A stretch of DNA of 64,000 bases. Source: an uncultured Rhodothermales bacterium (lineage in GTDB: Bacteria > Bacteroidota > Rhodothermia > Rhodothermales > Rubricoccaceae). Below are positions 1 to 10,400 of the stretch, one piece after another; position 1 is the stretch's first letter; each line of letters opens with the position of its first letter. The notes under the pieces are model-generated. The model had not been told where the DNA came from and made no database searches. It saw only the letters and a list, made by a program, of their open reading frames with translations. The stretch is from the NCBI GenBank assembly GCA_964580105.1, contig CAZOJJ010000008.1:1358-65357 (forward strand). Direction: 5' to 3'. The translations under genes and the position numbers were made by a program.

Positions 1-1835
1 AGCAGCCAGGCTCCGCCGTCGCCCCGCGCCATCGCCACCGGGCAGTGGCCCGCGCGGGCGACGGTGAACGTGCCCGCGTGCGTGTCGAGCACGCCGTAGA
101 CGGCCGAGATGAACGCCTTTTTGCCGAGCGAGGGGGCCAGCGCCTCGTTGGCGCGGGCGAGGAGCTCGCCGGGTGAGGCCGAGAGCCGCGCCGTGCTCTG
201 GACCACCCCTTTCAGTTCGGCCATGTAGAACGCCGCCGCCGCCCCCTTCCCGGCCACGTCGGCGACGAGGACGCCGAGGCGGCCCTCGCCGAGGTCCACG
301 AGGTCGTAGTAGTCGCCGCAGACCTCGCGGGCGGGCTGCTCGGAGGCCGCCACCTCCACCCCCTCCAACTCGGGGAGGTGCTGGGGGAGGAGCCGCTGCT
401 GCACCTCCCGGGCCAGGGCCAGCTCGCGGGCGAGCCGCTCGTGTTCGAGGGCCTCGGCGAAGAGGGCCGCGTGTGCAAACGCCAGCGCCGACTGCCCGGC
501 GAACGCCCCCAGCGCCTCGACGTCCTCCGGCTCGAAGCCGTCCGTGACGGCGCGGGCGGCGAAGAGGGCGCCGTGGGTCTGCCCGCCGGCTACGAGCGGG
601 AGCACGAGCAGGCTCCCGATGCGGTCACCCGGCCGGGTGCGGACGCGGTGGTCGGCCGCGGCCGTGCCCAGGACGAGCGGGCGGCGCGTCTGCGCCACGT
701 CTGCCGTGAGGGCCGCCACGTCGGCCAGCCGCTCGGCGGCGGCAGGCGGCAGCCCCGAGGCGGCCACGGTGCGCGGGGCGAGCGAGCCCGTGCGCGGGTC
801 GATCAGCGTCAGCCAGGCCACGTCGGCCGCCCCGGCCTCGACGGGGGCGCGGGCGACGGTCGAGGCGAGGGCGTCGCGGTCGAGCACCTGGCCGGTGAGC
901 TCGGTCAGGGCGCGGAACGCCTTGACCTCGCTCGACCGCTGCTCGTAGGCGCCCGAGGTGGGCAGGTGGAAGAGCAGCGAGAGCAGCGTCGTGCTCGCGT
1001 AGAGGATGCCGAAGGCGAGCGTGAACGCGACGAACTCACTGAACGAGCGGCTGAAGAGGGTGGCCAGGGCGATTCGCCCCCCGTCGGCCTCGGCGGCGGC
1101 GAAGCCGCTCTCCCGAAAGACCAGGACCAGGATGAACACCCCGATCAGGCCCGCGGCGATTCCCATCGTCGCCAGTTTCCGGCGGAACGGGAGCGGGACG
1201 ATCCACGAGGCCCGGAAGGCGGCGTAGAGCATGGGCACCACGGCCAGCGCGGTCAGCACGGCGCTGAGCGTGCCGGGCGGCTCGTCCGGGAGCGTCGTGG
1301 CGAAGCTCAGCGCCGCCGCCGTGATGAGGAGGATCAAGGCCTGCCAGATGCGGCCCGTCCGCTCGGTGCGGCGGAAGAGGACGAGGGGGCGGACCGTGTG
1401 CCACAGGGCTGCTGCGAAGAGCCCTTCGAGCAGGGCCGCCACCGCCGCCGCCGAGGCCGACGCGAGGTCGGCGGGGAGTGCCGTGGTGAGGTCGAGGGCC
1501 ACGGGGCCGAAGAGGGGGCGCAGGCCGGCATAGGCCAGAATCAGGCCGAGGCCGAGCAGGAACAGCGTCCAGAGCCCCCGCACCGGGTCGGCCGTGACGC
1601 GGCGGAAGATCGGCTCCAGGGCGGCGTAGAGCAGCCCGCCCAGGCCGACGGCCGCCACGTTGAGCACCCCGCGCGTGGTCAGGCTGAGCGGCGCCTTGAT
1701 GACGGAGAACCCGCCCAGCGCCAGCAGCAGCGCCGCGAACAGGCCGGACGCGGACGCCCACAGCAGGAGGCGCCGCGTCCGCCCGCCGGGGAGGGTGGAA
1801 CGCAGCCGGTTGAAGGGAAGGGGGAGGGAGGGCAC
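1..1835 (-). CDS. SpoIIE/PP2C-family serine phosphatase with an N-terminal multi-pass membrane region and a GAF-like middle domain. Partial: the C-terminus lies beyond the left edge.
   Basis: Absent from the ORF track because it runs off the window edge. Hand translation of the minus strand (codon first bases = 2 mod 3) reads continuously through several hydrophobic helices, a GAF-like stretch, and then REVQQRLLPQHLP...VCGDYYDLVDLGEGRLGVLVADVAGKGAAAAFYMAELKG...ISAVYGVLD...ARAGHCP. These are classic SpoIIE/RsbU motifs. GTG at 1835 is the first plausible start, but the frame stays open further upstream. Confidence 0.8.
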   Translation of the reverse strand, partial: MPSLPLPFNRLRSTLPGGRTRRLLLWASASGLFAALLLALGGFSVIKAPLSLTTRGVLNVAAVGLGGLLYAALEPIFRRVTADPVRGLWTLFLLGLGLILAYAGLRPLFGPVALDLTTALPADLASASAAAVAALLEGLFAAALWHTVRPLVLFRRTERTGRIWQALILLITAAALSFATTLPDEPPGTLSAVLTALAVVPMLYAAFRASWIVPLPFRRKLATMGIAAGLIGVFILVLVFRESGFAAAEADGGRIALATLFSRSFSEFVAFTLAFGILYASTTLLSLLFHLPTSGAYEQRSSEVKAFRALTELTGQVLDRDALASTVARAPVEAGAADVAWLTLIDPRTGSLAPRTVAASGLPPAAAERLADVAALTADVAQTRRPLVLGTAAADHRVRTRPGDRIGSLLVLPLVAGGQTHGALFAARAVTDGFEPEDVEALGAFAGQSALAFAHAALFAEALEHERLARELALAREVQQRLLPQHLPELEGVEVAASEQPAREVCGDYYDLVDLGEGRLGVLVADVAGKGAAAAFYMAELKGVVQSTARLSASPGELLARANEALAPSLGKKAFISAVYGVLDTHAGTFTVARAGHCPVAMARGDGGAWL

Positions 1836-2063
1836 GGGTGGAAGCCAGCCGGGAAGAGGCGCGGGCCGGCGCGGCGGGGCCGCCTGGCCGAGCAGGGGGC
1901 ATATCGCAGGTCGCCCCGTGCGGGTTGCACCAACCCCGCAAAGGCGCCCGCGCCCGGTCGTCCCAATATAGACGAGGGGGAATCCGGTCCGGTCGGGCAA
2001 CCTCGGTGGAATCGTCTCGTAGAGAGGCCGTTTCGTCCATCCCTTCCGGTTCGGCTTCCGCCC

Positions 2064-3848
2064 GTGCGTCGCTTCCTTTCGCGGTTCCTCCTGCTCGTGC
2101 TTCTCGGTGTGGCGGTGTACGCCGTCGTCCGCACCCTCGATGGGCCGGAGGACCCCGCCGCCGTGTTCGCCATGACCTCGCTGGAGGTGCGGGAGGACCG
2201 GCACGCCGCCTTCGAGGTGGAGCGCCCCGTCCGGCTGGCCGTCCACGCCGTCGGCTCCGTCGAGACCGACTCGGCGATGGCGGCGACGGCGTGGATCGTC
2301 CGCCGCAGCGACGGCACGCTCATCTGGCGGATGGACCCGAACACGCACGCTCCCACGCGCGGCACGCTCGCAACGGCCAACGACACGCTCGTCTTCGAGC
2401 CGGGCGTCTACGACGCCTACTTCGCCGCCTACGGCGACCCCGACCTGCTCATCGATCCCGGGGCGCGCTCCTTCTGGGAGCGCCTCTTCGGCGGCGACGG
2501 CCGCCTCTGGCGCGGCGACGAGGACCGCTGGCGCTTCCGGATTCGCTTCACCGACGAGGCCGACCTCGGCAGGGCCGTCCGGCTCGACGGCGACGAGGCG
2601 GATCCGGCCGACGCCCTCGCCCGCACGCCGGGGCTGATCTGGGCCAGCGGCCCCGTGCGCAACCGTGCCTCGGCGGAGCACCTCTTCGAGGTCACCGCCC
2701 CGGCGCGCGTTCGGGTCCGTTCCGCCGGTGAGGTCGCCGGCGGGGCGGTCCGTGACGGTGGGGCGATCCTACCGATGACGGGGCAGGACACCATCTGGGC
2801 GATGACGACGCGGGCCGGCTGGGCCGGGGGCGCCGGCCGCAACCGGCACGTAGACACGACGCTGACCCTGCAGCCGGGCCTCTACCGCGCGCGCTACACG
2901 TCCGACGACGACCACGCCTACCGGGCCTGGAGGGGGAACCCGCCCTACGTCCCCGAAGCCTGGGGCCTCATGCTCCTCGCCGCCGACTCCGCCAGTGCCG
3001 GGCGCGTCATCGCGCTCGACCCGTGGCAGCGGCTCCCTCGCATCGCTTCGTTTACGTGCGTGGCCACCAGCGCCCTCCGCGAGGACACCTTTACCCTCTC
3101 CGATACCACCGACGTGCTGCTCCTGGCGATGGGCGAGATCGTCGGCAGCACCGCCTACGACTACGCCATCCTCCTCCGCGAGGCGAGCGGCATGCGCACC
3201 GAGGTCTGGACGATGGGGCGCGACAACACGGAGCCGGCCGGCGGGGCTTCCAAAAACCGCCGCGCCGAGGTCGCCCTCCAACTGGCGCCCGGCACCTACA
3301 CGCTCTCGTACCGCACGGACGACTCCCACGATTGCTCCGATTTCAACGCCGATCCGCCGCCGGACCCCGAGCACTGGGGCGCCACGCTCTTCGCGCTCGA
3401 CCTGAACTTCGACCCCGCGCAGATCGAGCACACCATCCGGGAGCGCCGCACCGACGAGGCCGAGGGCATCCGGCAGGAAACCCTCCTCGTCCAGCTCACC
3501 CGCCTCGGCAACAACGCCGACGTGAGCGCAGCCTTCACCCTCGCCGACGGCGCCGAGGTGCGCATCTACGCCGTCGGCGAGATCCTTCCCAGCGGGCGCT
3601 ACGACTACGCCTGGATCACGCCCGAGGAGGCCCGCACGGACACGACGTGGGTCATGACCCGCGAGAACACCGAATGGGCCGGCGGCTCGAAGAAGAACCG
3701 CGCGTTCAACGAAACGATCTACCTGCCCGCTGGAACGTACGTCGTGCGGTACCGCACCAACGGCACGCACGCGTACGACAGCTGGGACCAGCCGGCGCCG
3801 AACGACCCGGAGGCGTGGGGCGTGACGCTCTGGCGCCAGGATGACTGA
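2064..3848 (+). CDS. Membrane-anchored/secreted hypothetical protein made of four ~100-aa internal repeats.
   Basis: This is the 3' part of track ORF 378..3848. Upstream of 2064 the translation is Arg/Gly/Glu-rich shadow sequence. GTG at 2064 gives VRRFLSRFLLLVLLGVAVYAVV (a signal anchor). It is followed by four repeats sharing F-x-[VL]...A-x-G-E...W-x-M...AGG-x-x-[KR]-N-R...G-x-Y-x-x-x-Y-x-[TS]-D...P-x-x-P-E-x-W-G-x-x-L. Confidence 0.75.
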   Translation: MRRFLSRFLLLVLLGVAVYAVVRTLDGPEDPAAVFAMTSLEVREDRHAAFEVERPVRLAVHAVGSVETDSAMAATAWIVRRSDGTLIWRMDPNTHAPTRGTLATANDTLVFEPGVYDAYFAAYGDPDLLIDPGARSFWERLFGGDGRLWRGDEDRWRFRIRFTDEADLGRAVRLDGDEADPADALARTPGLIWASGPVRNRASAEHLFEVTAPARVRVRSAGEVAGGAVRDGGAILPMTGQDTIWAMTTRAGWAGGAGRNRHVDTTLTLQPGLYRARYTSDDDHAYRAWRGNPPYVPEAWGLMLLAADSASAGRVIALDPWQRLPRIASFTCVATSALREDTFTLSDTTDVLLLAMGEIVGSTAYDYAILLREASGMRTEVWTMGRDNTEPAGGASKNRRAEVALQLAPGTYTLSYRTDDSHDCSDFNADPPPDPEHWGATLFALDLNFDPAQIEHTIRERRTDEAEGIRQETLLVQLTRLGNNADVSAAFTLADGAEVRIYAVGEILPSGRYDYAWITPEEARTDTTWVMTRENTEWAGGSKKNRAFNETIYLPAGTYVVRYRTNGTHAYDSWDQPAPNDPEAWGVTLWRQDD

Positions 3849-3868
3849 CGGCGTCCGGACGGGGTAGC

Positions 3869-4729
3869 TTGGGCGCCCACCCGCCCCGCCTCGCCGTGAC
3901 CGTCGCCCTCACCGTCCGCCTCCCGGACGACTACCACGAACTGCTCATCGCCGAACTGGCCGACCTCGGCTTCGACGCCTTTGAGCGCGAGGAGGGCGCG
4001 GTCGTCGCCTACGGACCCGTCGCCGTGTGGACCGGCGTCGCCCGCGAGGCCGTGGCCGACTGGCTGCGGGCGCGGGGCCTCGACGAAGCCGTCGAGGAGG
4101 AGGCGATCCCGGCGACGAACTGGAACGCCCGGTGGGAGGCCACCATCGAGCCGATTCCCGTCGGCCGCTTCGTCGTGGCACCGACGTGGGCACCGATCCC
4201 CGGGGCGTACGCGGACCGCGTCCCGCTCCGGATCGACCCGAAGATGAGCTTTGGGACGGGCTACCACGAGAGCACGCGGCTGGCGCTCCGCTTCACGCCC
4301 GGTCTCGTTCGAAGCCGCGCGCGCGTCCTCGACGCCGGCACCGGCACCGGCATCCTCGCCATCGCCGCACTCCGCCTCGGCGCCGCCGAGGCCGTCGCCT
4401 TCGACATCGATCCGTGGGCAGTCGAGAACGCGACGGAGAACGCGGCGCTGAACGGGGTGGCGGACCGGATCGAGTTGCGGGAGGGCGGCCTCGAGGTCGT
4501 GCCCGAAGCCGGCTTCGACCTCGCCTTCGCCAATATCAACCGGAACGTGCTGGAGGCGATGCTGCCCGACCTCGCCGCGAAGCTGGCGGCGGGCGGGCGC
4601 CTCGTTCTCGCGGGGCTCCTCCGGACGGATCGCGACGGGATGCTCGCCGCCGTCGAGGCGGCCGGGCTGGCCCTCTACGACGAGGCCACGGAGAACGAAT
4701 GGTGGGCCTGCGTGGTCGAGAAGGGATGA
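3869..4729 (+). CDS. prmA: Ribosomal protein L11 methyltransferase
   Basis: SAM-binding motif VLDAGTGTGILAIAALRLGA, FDIDPWAVENATENAALNG and the ANINRNVL tail; about 286 aa, typical of PrmA. The start could be TTG 3869 or GTG 3896. Confidence 0.85.
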   Translation: MGAHPPRLAVTVALTVRLPDDYHELLIAELADLGFDAFEREEGAVVAYGPVAVWTGVAREAVADWLRARGLDEAVEEEAIPATNWNARWEATIEPIPVGRFVVAPTWAPIPGAYADRVPLRIDPKMSFGTGYHESTRLALRFTPGLVRSRARVLDAGTGTGILAIAALRLGAAEAVAFDIDPWAVENATENAALNGVADRIELREGGLEVVPEAGFDLAFANINRNVLEAMLPDLAAKLAAGGRLVLAGLLRTDRDGMLAAVEAAGLALYDEATENEWWACVVEKG

Positions 4730-5625
4730 GGGTTGCCGCCATCGACGTCGGGACGAACACCGTCCTCTGCCTCGTGGCCGACGTGGCTCCCACCGGCAGG
4801 CTGACCGTCCTGGCCGACGAGGAGCGCTTCGCCCGCCTCGGGGCGGGTGTGGACGCGACGGGGCGGCTCTCGGTGGCGGCGATGGACCGCGTGCTCGACC
4901 GGCTGACGGCGTCGAAGGCCACGGCCGAGCGGTTCGGCGCTGAACTCATCGTGATCGGCGCCACGAGCGCTTCGCGGGACGCGGAGAACGTGGACGTGCT
5001 CATCGAGCGGGTCCGGCGTGAGCTGGGGCTCGACTACCGCGTTCGCTCCGGCGAGGACGAGGCCCTGCTCGCCTTCCGAGGTACCCTGGCGATGGTGCCG
5101 GGCGTGGAGGCCGCCTGCGTGCTCGACGTCGGCGGCGGCTCGACGGAGGTCGTCGTCGGGAGAGCGGGGGAGGCGCCGGCGTTCCGCCTCAGCCTCGGCG
5201 TGGGGAGCGTGCGGCTCACCGAGCGGTGCTTCGCCGCGCTGCCGCCGTCGGCCGCTGGCATCGCCGAAGCGGAGGCGCTGGTGGACGCGGCGCTGGCGGC
5301 CGTGCCGGAGCCCGTGCTGCGCGGCCTGCCGCTGGTGGAGGGCGGCGGCACGGCGCGCGTGCTGACCCGGCTGGCGGAGATCGGGGGCGAGGCGCCCACT
5401 GTGCCCGCCTCGGTCGTTCGGTCGTGGCGAGATCGCCTCCTCGCGCTTTCCCCGCCCGCCGTCCGCGCCCTCGCCCCCGACGTGCTCACCGGCCGCGAGG
5501 ACGTGACGGGCACCGCGGCCCTGATCCTCGACGTGGTGATGCGTCGGTTCGGATTCGACGCGTTCGTTGCCAGTCCGGGCGGCTTCCGGCACGGGCTGGC
5601 GCTCGAAGCCGCCGGGGGCGGGTAG
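4726..5625 (+). CDS. Ppx/GppA-family phosphatase (exopolyphosphatase-like)
   Basis: MRVAAIDVGTNTVLCLVADV...IGATSASRDAEN...GEDEALLAFRG...VLDVGGGSTEVVVG are ASKHA-fold Ppx/GppA motifs. ATG 4726 overlaps the prmA stop (ATGA). Confidence 0.85.
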   Translation: MRVAAIDVGTNTVLCLVADVAPTGRLTVLADEERFARLGAGVDATGRLSVAAMDRVLDRLTASKATAERFGAELIVIGATSASRDAENVDVLIERVRRELGLDYRVRSGEDEALLAFRGTLAMVPGVEAACVLDVGGGSTEVVVGRAGEAPAFRLSLGVGSVRLTERCFAALPPSAAGIAEAEALVDAALAAVPEPVLRGLPLVEGGGTARVLTRLAEIGGEAPTVPASVVRSWRDRLLALSPPAVRALAPDVLTGREDVTGTAALILDVVMRRFGFDAFVASPGGFRHGLALEAAGGG

Positions 5626-5711
5626 GGCCGCCTTCATCGCATCCTCCCCGGACCCCTCGGAACACGCCTCCTCACCTTCCGTCCATCGCCTACCGTTCAC
5701 CTGCACCGACC

Positions 5712-6821
5712 ATGCCGATCACCCGCGACGCCGTCCTCGCCGCCCTCGCGACCGTCGAGGAGCCCGACCTCAAGCGCGACCTCGTCTCGCTCAACATGAT
5801 CCGCGACCTGGAGATCGAGGGCGCGCGCGTCGCGTTCACGGTCGTCCTCACCACCCCGGCGTGTCCGCTGAAGGACCTCATCCGCACGCGCTGCGAGACG
5901 GCCATCCACCGCGACGTGGACCCCGAGGCCGAGGTGGTGGTGCACATGGAGGCGAACGTGACGGGGCCGGGGCGGACGCCCGGCGCGCCCGGCCCGGCCG
6001 AGGGCGCACGCGGCGTCAAGAACTTCATCGCCGTGGCGAGTGGGAAGGGCGGCGTCGGCAAGAGCACCGTCGCGGCGAACCTCGCCGTGGCGCTGGCGCG
6101 GGAAGGCGCGCGGGTCGGCCTGGTGGACACGGACATCTACGGGCCGAGCGTGCCGACGATGTTCGGCATCGAGAAGGGCGTCAAGCCGCGCGTCAACGAC
6201 GAGCGCAAGATCGTCCCGCTGGAGGCGCACGGCATCAAGCTTCTCTCGATGGGCTTCCTCGTGGACGAGGCCCACGCGGTCGTATGGCGCGGCCCGATGG
6301 TCTCCTCCGCCGTCCGTCAGTTCCTGGGCGACGCCGACTGGGGCGAGCTCGACTACCTCGTCCTCGACCTCCCACCGGGCACGGGGGACATCCAGCTCAC
6401 GCTCGTCCAGACCGTCCCCCTCACCGGCGCCGTCATCGTCTCGACGCCGCAGGAGGTCGCCCTCGCCGATGCCCGCAAGGGCATCGCGATGTTCCGCAAG
6501 GTCAACGTGCCCGTCCTCGGCCTCGTCGAGAACATGGCCTACTTCGTTCCGCCCGACCTGCCCGACCGGAAGTACTACCTCTTCGGCGAGGGCGGTGCGA
6601 AGAACCTCGCGGCGGCGATGGAGGTGCCGCTCCTGGGCGAGATCCCGCTGGAGCAGGCGCTCCGCGAGAGCGGCGACCTCGGCACGCCGCTCGTCCTCCG
6701 CGAGCCCGAGAGCGCCTCGGCGAAGGCCCTCGTGGCGATGGCCGAGCGGACGGCCCAGCAGGTCGCCATCCGCAACGCCGAGGCGGCGCCGACGCAGCCG
6801 GTCGAGATCCTGTATCGGTAG
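5712..6821 (+). CDS. apbC: Mrp/NBP35-family Fe-S cluster carrier ATPase (ApbC)
   Basis: N-terminal MIP18/DUF59-like region (VEEPDLKRDLVSLNMIRDL), then the deviant Walker A IAVASGKGGVGKST and the CXXC-less Mrp core DLPPGTGD. ATG at 5712 is in frame with track ORF 5226..6821. Confidence 0.9.
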   Translation: MPITRDAVLAALATVEEPDLKRDLVSLNMIRDLEIEGARVAFTVVLTTPACPLKDLIRTRCETAIHRDVDPEAEVVVHMEANVTGPGRTPGAPGPAEGARGVKNFIAVASGKGGVGKSTVAANLAVALAREGARVGLVDTDIYGPSVPTMFGIEKGVKPRVNDERKIVPLEAHGIKLLSMGFLVDEAHAVVWRGPMVSSAVRQFLGDADWGELDYLVLDLPPGTGDIQLTLVQTVPLTGAVIVSTPQEVALADARKGIAMFRKVNVPVLGLVENMAYFVPPDLPDRKYYLFGEGGAKNLAAAMEVPLLGEIPLEQALRESGDLGTPLVLREPESASAKALVAMAERTAQQVAIRNAEAAPTQPVEILYR

Positions 6822-6953
6822 CGAGACGGGCTGTCTCCGATAGCAGGCAGCCGCTTCGCACGAAAAGGCCACGGCGGTCCGATTGCGGGCGGATCGGCGG
6901 CGGGCCTACTTTTTGCCGAGGTCTGGGTATTCTTCCCGGTGGTCCGCCGCTCC

Positions 6954-7442
6954 ATGCCACTCGCTACGCACACCCGTATTCCTTCGCGCCCGTGGCCGAC
7001 GCTGTGTCTGCTCGCCGGTTTGCTCTGCACCGCTTCGCTGCCCGCCGCGCAGGTCGACCTGGAGCCCCCGGATGCCCTCACGGCCGGCGACGTCATCGGC
7101 GAGGTCGTGACGGCACTGCAGGAGGGCGACTCCGATGCGTTGCTCCACCGTGCCACGCGCCGCGTCGAGATCGTGCTGCTGGGGCAGAGCGCGCGCTACA
7201 GCCGCGGTCAGGCCGCGCTCGTGCTGGCCGATTTCTTCCGCCGCCACCCCGCGCGCCGCGTGCATCTCGCCGAGCGCGCGGTGGCCGACGAGGGCCGGGC
7301 GGCCCTGGGACGGTACTGGCCGGACGACGGCGCCGGCCCCTTCTCCCTCTACGTCGGCTTCCGCACCGACGGCGCCGACGCGTGGCAGCTCGACGTGATC
7401 CGCATCGAGCGGGCGATGTTCCAGCACACCGGCACCCGGTAG
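6954..7442 (+). CDS. Secreted hypothetical protein, DUF4783-like
   Basis: Signal peptide PWPTLCLLAGLLCTASLPAAQ, about 160 aa, with a pattern I recall from the Bacteroidota DUF4783 family (VEIVLLGQSARYSRGQAALVLADFF). The family assignment is from memory only. Confidence 0.55.
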   Translation: MPLATHTRIPSRPWPTLCLLAGLLCTASLPAAQVDLEPPDALTAGDVIGEVVTALQEGDSDALLHRATRRVEIVLLGQSARYSRGQAALVLADFFRRHPARRVHLAERAVADEGRAALGRYWPDDGAGPFSLYVGFRTDGADAWQLDVIRIERAMFQHTGTR

Positions 7443-7496
7443 AGCGGCCCCGAGCCGGGTGCTAGCTTAGCGGCGTCCCTCCGGCTCTCGCTCTCC

Positions 7497-10400
7497 GTGC
7501 TCAACGCGCGCCTCGTCCGTCGCTTCTTTGCCGTCGCTGCGCTGCTGGCGCTGACGGTCCCGGTGACGATGGGGATCGAGGCGTGGAGGGTCCACCGCCT
7601 CCGGGCCGACCTCGACGCCCGCGCCGAGGCGGCCACCGCCGAGACGCGCGAGGCCGTGCAGGAGCGCACGACGGCGCTCCTCACGGCGATGCTGGCAGAC
7701 GCCGAGCGCCTCGCCACCGATCCACTCGTGCAGCAGGCGCTGGCCGATTCGCTGGCCCCGGCCCCCACGCGCGACGAAGCCCTGCTGCGCCGCTTCGAGG
7801 CGGTGGGGAGCGCACCCCGGATGGCCGCTGAGGCGTACCGGAGCGACGGTGCGCTCGTGGCCTGGGGCGGCTTTTCGGCCCCGTTCGGTCCGGCGGCGCG
7901 GCGCGGCCTGCCCGACACCCTCCGCACCGGCATCGTCCTGGACGGCACCGAGCGCCGCATCGTCGTGGCGTGGTGGCCGGTACGCGCGGGCAGCCGGCAG
8001 GTGGGGGCCGTCCGGGTGATGCGGGAGGTGCAGGTGTCCGTCCCCGTCCGCAACCGCTACCTCCAGGACTACGACCTCGCCGACGGCTGGCGGGTGGACC
8101 TCGACCTCCCGTTCTCGGTCGCCTTCACCGGGCGCCGCCGGGCGTTCGCGGGCGACGCCGCCCCGCTGTGGGGGCCCGGCGGTTCGCGCCTCGGGTGGGT
8201 GCAGGTGCCGACGCCGAGCGAGGCCTTCCTCGTGGGCCGTTTGCGCGGGGCGTTTCGGGACGTGACGGCGTTCTGGCTCGTGCTCCTTGCGGGGTGGTTG
8301 CTGGCGGGGCTCTGGCTCGTCGTCGAGCGAAGCATGCAGCGGGCGTTGCGGCGGGGCACGGCCGGCGCGTGGTGGGCAGCGGGCGCCGTCTTCACGGCAT
8401 GGGCCCTCGGCTGGTGGGCCACGCGCTTCGGCTTCCTCACGACCGACGTGCCCACGCGGTGGATCCGCCGGGGCGGCTTCGCCTCCGCGCTCTTCGACCC
8501 CACCTACCTCGCGTCGGACGTAGGGGGGGGACTCCTCCGCTCGGCGGGGGACCTCGTCATTACGGCCGGGTTTGCCGGATTCTTCGCCGTGGCCCTGCTG
8601 CGGTTCGCGTTGCTCCGGTCGGCCTCGGCGATGACGCGGCGGCCGGAGCCCGTCCGCCCCCTCCGGTCGGCGCTCCTGCTCCTGGGCACGGCGGTCCTCT
8701 CGGCGGTCGTCGTGGCGGCCCTCACCGTGGGGGTCCGCCGGGCCGTCCTCGACGCGACGCTCGGGTACTTCAACCGCTCCGGCCCGGTGCCCGAGCCGCT
8801 GACGCTCCTCGTCCTGGCAGCCCTCCTCGCTGCCGGGTTCGCCGCGACGGGCTGCGTCGCAGCGCTGATCATGCTGGTCCGCGTCGCGCTGGGGCGTCGC
8901 CAGCGGAGCGGACCGCGCGTGTGGGCGGCGGCGCTGGGGCTGCTGGCGGCGGCGTTCGTCGCCACCTACGTCGTGACGCCGCTGAGCGACGTGCCGCCGT
9001 GGTCGGCCGCGCTGCTCTACCTCGCCGCCGCCGGGGCCGGGGCCTACTTCCTGCTCGGCCGGCGCGACCGCTGGGCGTGGCCGCTCACGTTCCGGGGGAT
9101 GCTCGTGTGCGTGCTCGTCCTCGTGCCGTGCACCTACCTCCTCATGCTTCGCGCCGCGCGGGAGCGCCGGGACGCGCTGATGGTGGAGGCGGCCGAAGAC
9201 TTCGCCGGCGGGCAGGACCGCCGTGCCGTTTTCGCCATCGAGCAGGTGCTCGCCGGTGCCCGCAGCGACGAGCTCCGCCCGGCCCTCCTCGCCGCCGTCG
9301 AGGCCGACCGCCTCGGCCGGGCCGTCGCGCTGGACACCGCCGCCATCGGCGAGCCCACGGCGCAGGACTCCCTCCAGGCCACGCTCGACGGCCTCGTCAG
9401 CGACCTCGTCTCGGGCTCGCTCCTGGCCGCGCTCTCGGACTACACCGTCGAGCTTGCTCTGCTCACGCCCGAGGGCGACACCCTCGCCGCCTACACCGAC
9501 ACCCTGCCCGCCGACGAGCGCGGCCCGCGCAACCCGCGCGCGCGGAAAGACGACCCCCTTGCCTTCGAACGCCTTCGCCAGCGGTACGAGGCGCGCACGG
9601 GGGCGGGCTTTACGGTCAACCGCGCTCCCATCGAGCGGCGGCGCGGCGTCTACCGGTACGCCGGCCTCGGGCCCGTCGAGGCCGACGACGACGACGCACC
9701 GCCGGCCGTCTGGGTCTACGCCCGCGCCACGCCGCGCCTCCAGCGCTACGTCACCGAGACGCCGTTCCCGCTCGTGCTCGTCCCCGCCGGGCTCTTCGGC
9801 GAGGTGGACGAGGGGTTCTCGTATGCCGAGTACGACGCCGGCGTGTTCGTCCGCGGCCGGGGCGAGACGGGCGGCCCGTTTCGCCTCCCGCCCGAGGTGC
9901 GCGAGCGGCTGGCTCGCACGGCCGACGCCGTGTGGGTGCGCGAGGTCGTCGAGGGGGCGCGGTACCGGACGTACTACCGGCGCCTCCCCGCCGAGAAGGG
10001 CGAGCGCCTCGACGCCGTGGCCGTCCGCGTCCCGGCCGTGGCCTACTACGACCACCTCTTCTACCTCCTCCGCATGACGGTGGCCGGCCTCCTGCTCGGG
10101 TCCGTGATCTACCTGGCCGGCGTGCCCGTGCGGCGCCGCGCCGGCCTCCTGCCCGCGCCGAAGAGCCGGTTCCGCGACAAAGTGCTCACGCGATTCCTCA
10201 TCGTCGGCATCGCCAGCGTGGGGTTGACGGGGGTGATCGGGCGGCAGGTGGTCGTGGAGCAGAACCGCCAATCCGTGCGGGACCTGCTCCAGCGGCGGCT
10301 CCATCTCGCCGAGGCGCAGGTGACCGCCGAGGCCGGGCCGGGCGTTCCCGTGGCTGCCTCCATCGAGCGGGCGCGGGCCGACCATGCCGCTGCCCAGCTG

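Noticed and set aside
173-547. The 124-aa Pro/Arg-rich ORF and other short ORFs overlapping the SpoIIE gene.
   Set aside because: The sequence is low-complexity shadow frame (PPPPPSRPRRRRGRRGG...) antisense to a gene with clear PP2C motifs.
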